A DNA stretch of 63,645 nucleotides, filler included, from Hausera hauseri (taxonomy: Eukaryota), in NCBI GenBank assembly GCA_046269625.1. It is 11 parts of 11 records of this genome, joined end to end, with 100 filler letters (N's around TTAATTAATTAA, not from the genome) between each part and the next. Parts side by side here need not be neighbours in the genome. Positions count along the whole stretch, not along the records: positions 59,419 to 63,645 come from JBJURY010688660.1; 10 more parts are not named here. One strand, written 5' to 3'. A model generated the notes under the pieces. The model was not told the DNA's origin and did no database searches. It saw nothing but the letters and a program-made list of their open reading frames with translations. This document shows positions 63,196 through 63,645 of this stretch, in pieces. Position numbers and translations under genes: made by a program. Each line of letters begins with the position of its first letter. Within the stretch, counting starts at the first letter, position 1.

Positions 63196-63645
63196 GGTTT
63201 TTTGGGGGTTGAATTTTTAGGCAGTTGACTTTTTGGGTGGTTGACCTTTTTGAAGGGTTGCGACTTTTTTTGGGGTTGACTTTTCTGGGGGTTGTGACTT
63301 TCTTCAAGGGTTGTGACTTCTTTGGAGATTGACTTTTTGCGGGTTGACTTTTCTGGGGGTTGTGACTTTTTTGAAGGGTTGTGACTTCTTTGGAGGTTAA
63401 TTTTTTGGGGTTTTTTCTAGGGGTTGTGACTTTCTTGAAGGCTTGCGACTTCTTTGAAGATTGACTGTTTTGCGGGTTGACTTTTCTGAAGGGTTGGGAC
63501 TTTTTTGGGGGTTGACTTTTCTGGGGATTAAATTTTCTGGGGGTTGACTTTTGTGGGGGTTGACTTTTTTGAAGGGTTGGGAATTTGCTGCGGGTTGACT
63601 TTTTTGGGAGCTGACTATTCTGGGGGTTGACTTTTTTGGGGGTTG
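63196..63645. repeat. Degenerate 16-19 bp tandem array (GGGGTTG[TG]ACTTTTYT), running to the window end
   Basis: Recurrent ggggttgactttt / agggttgtgactt units interrupt the mariner. Confidence 0.92.

Noticed and set aside
63113-63307. Lys-rich ORF
   Set aside because: Translation product of the tandem repeat running into the mariner.

Overview
This is not a contiguous locus. It is 11 unrelated contigs from an AT-rich animal genome, joined by ten 100-bp artificial linkers (44 N + TTAATTAATTAA + 44 N), plus two 10-N gaps. Adjacency across a linker carries no meaning. Most of the content is decayed mobile DNA: at least six pieces of a CsRn1-like (CHCC-gag) Ty3/Gypsy family, a second CCHC-type Gypsy, two mariners, a Tc1, a DD37E-type ITm element, an RTE LINE fragment, a tRNA-headed Nin-domain-like SINE, Penelope remnants (GIY-YIG, minimal hammerhead) and a Polinton/Maverick virion module (integrase, two minor capsid genes, core-like ORF, major capsid, protease). 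Host-gene material includes a disrupted vWD-C8-TIL (mucin/vWF-like) gene with 43-50 nt introns, titin-like Ig fragments, and an apparently intronless same-strand mosaic of receptor tyrosine kinase, CCT4 and TPR fragments. One clean vertebrate-type (probably teleost) dopamine beta-hydroxylase exon suggests fish DNA in the assembly, which would fit a fish parasite. The best candidate for an undescribed system is a pair of highly diverged, intronless ORFs on separate contigs that encode a catalytically altered REX4/ISG20-like DEDDh exonuclease fold. One copy lies directly downstream of a small signal peptide-FN3-TM membrane-protein ORF, and together they may be an accessory cassette of a large retroelement or virus. 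All family assignments come from motif recognition by eye; no searches were run.
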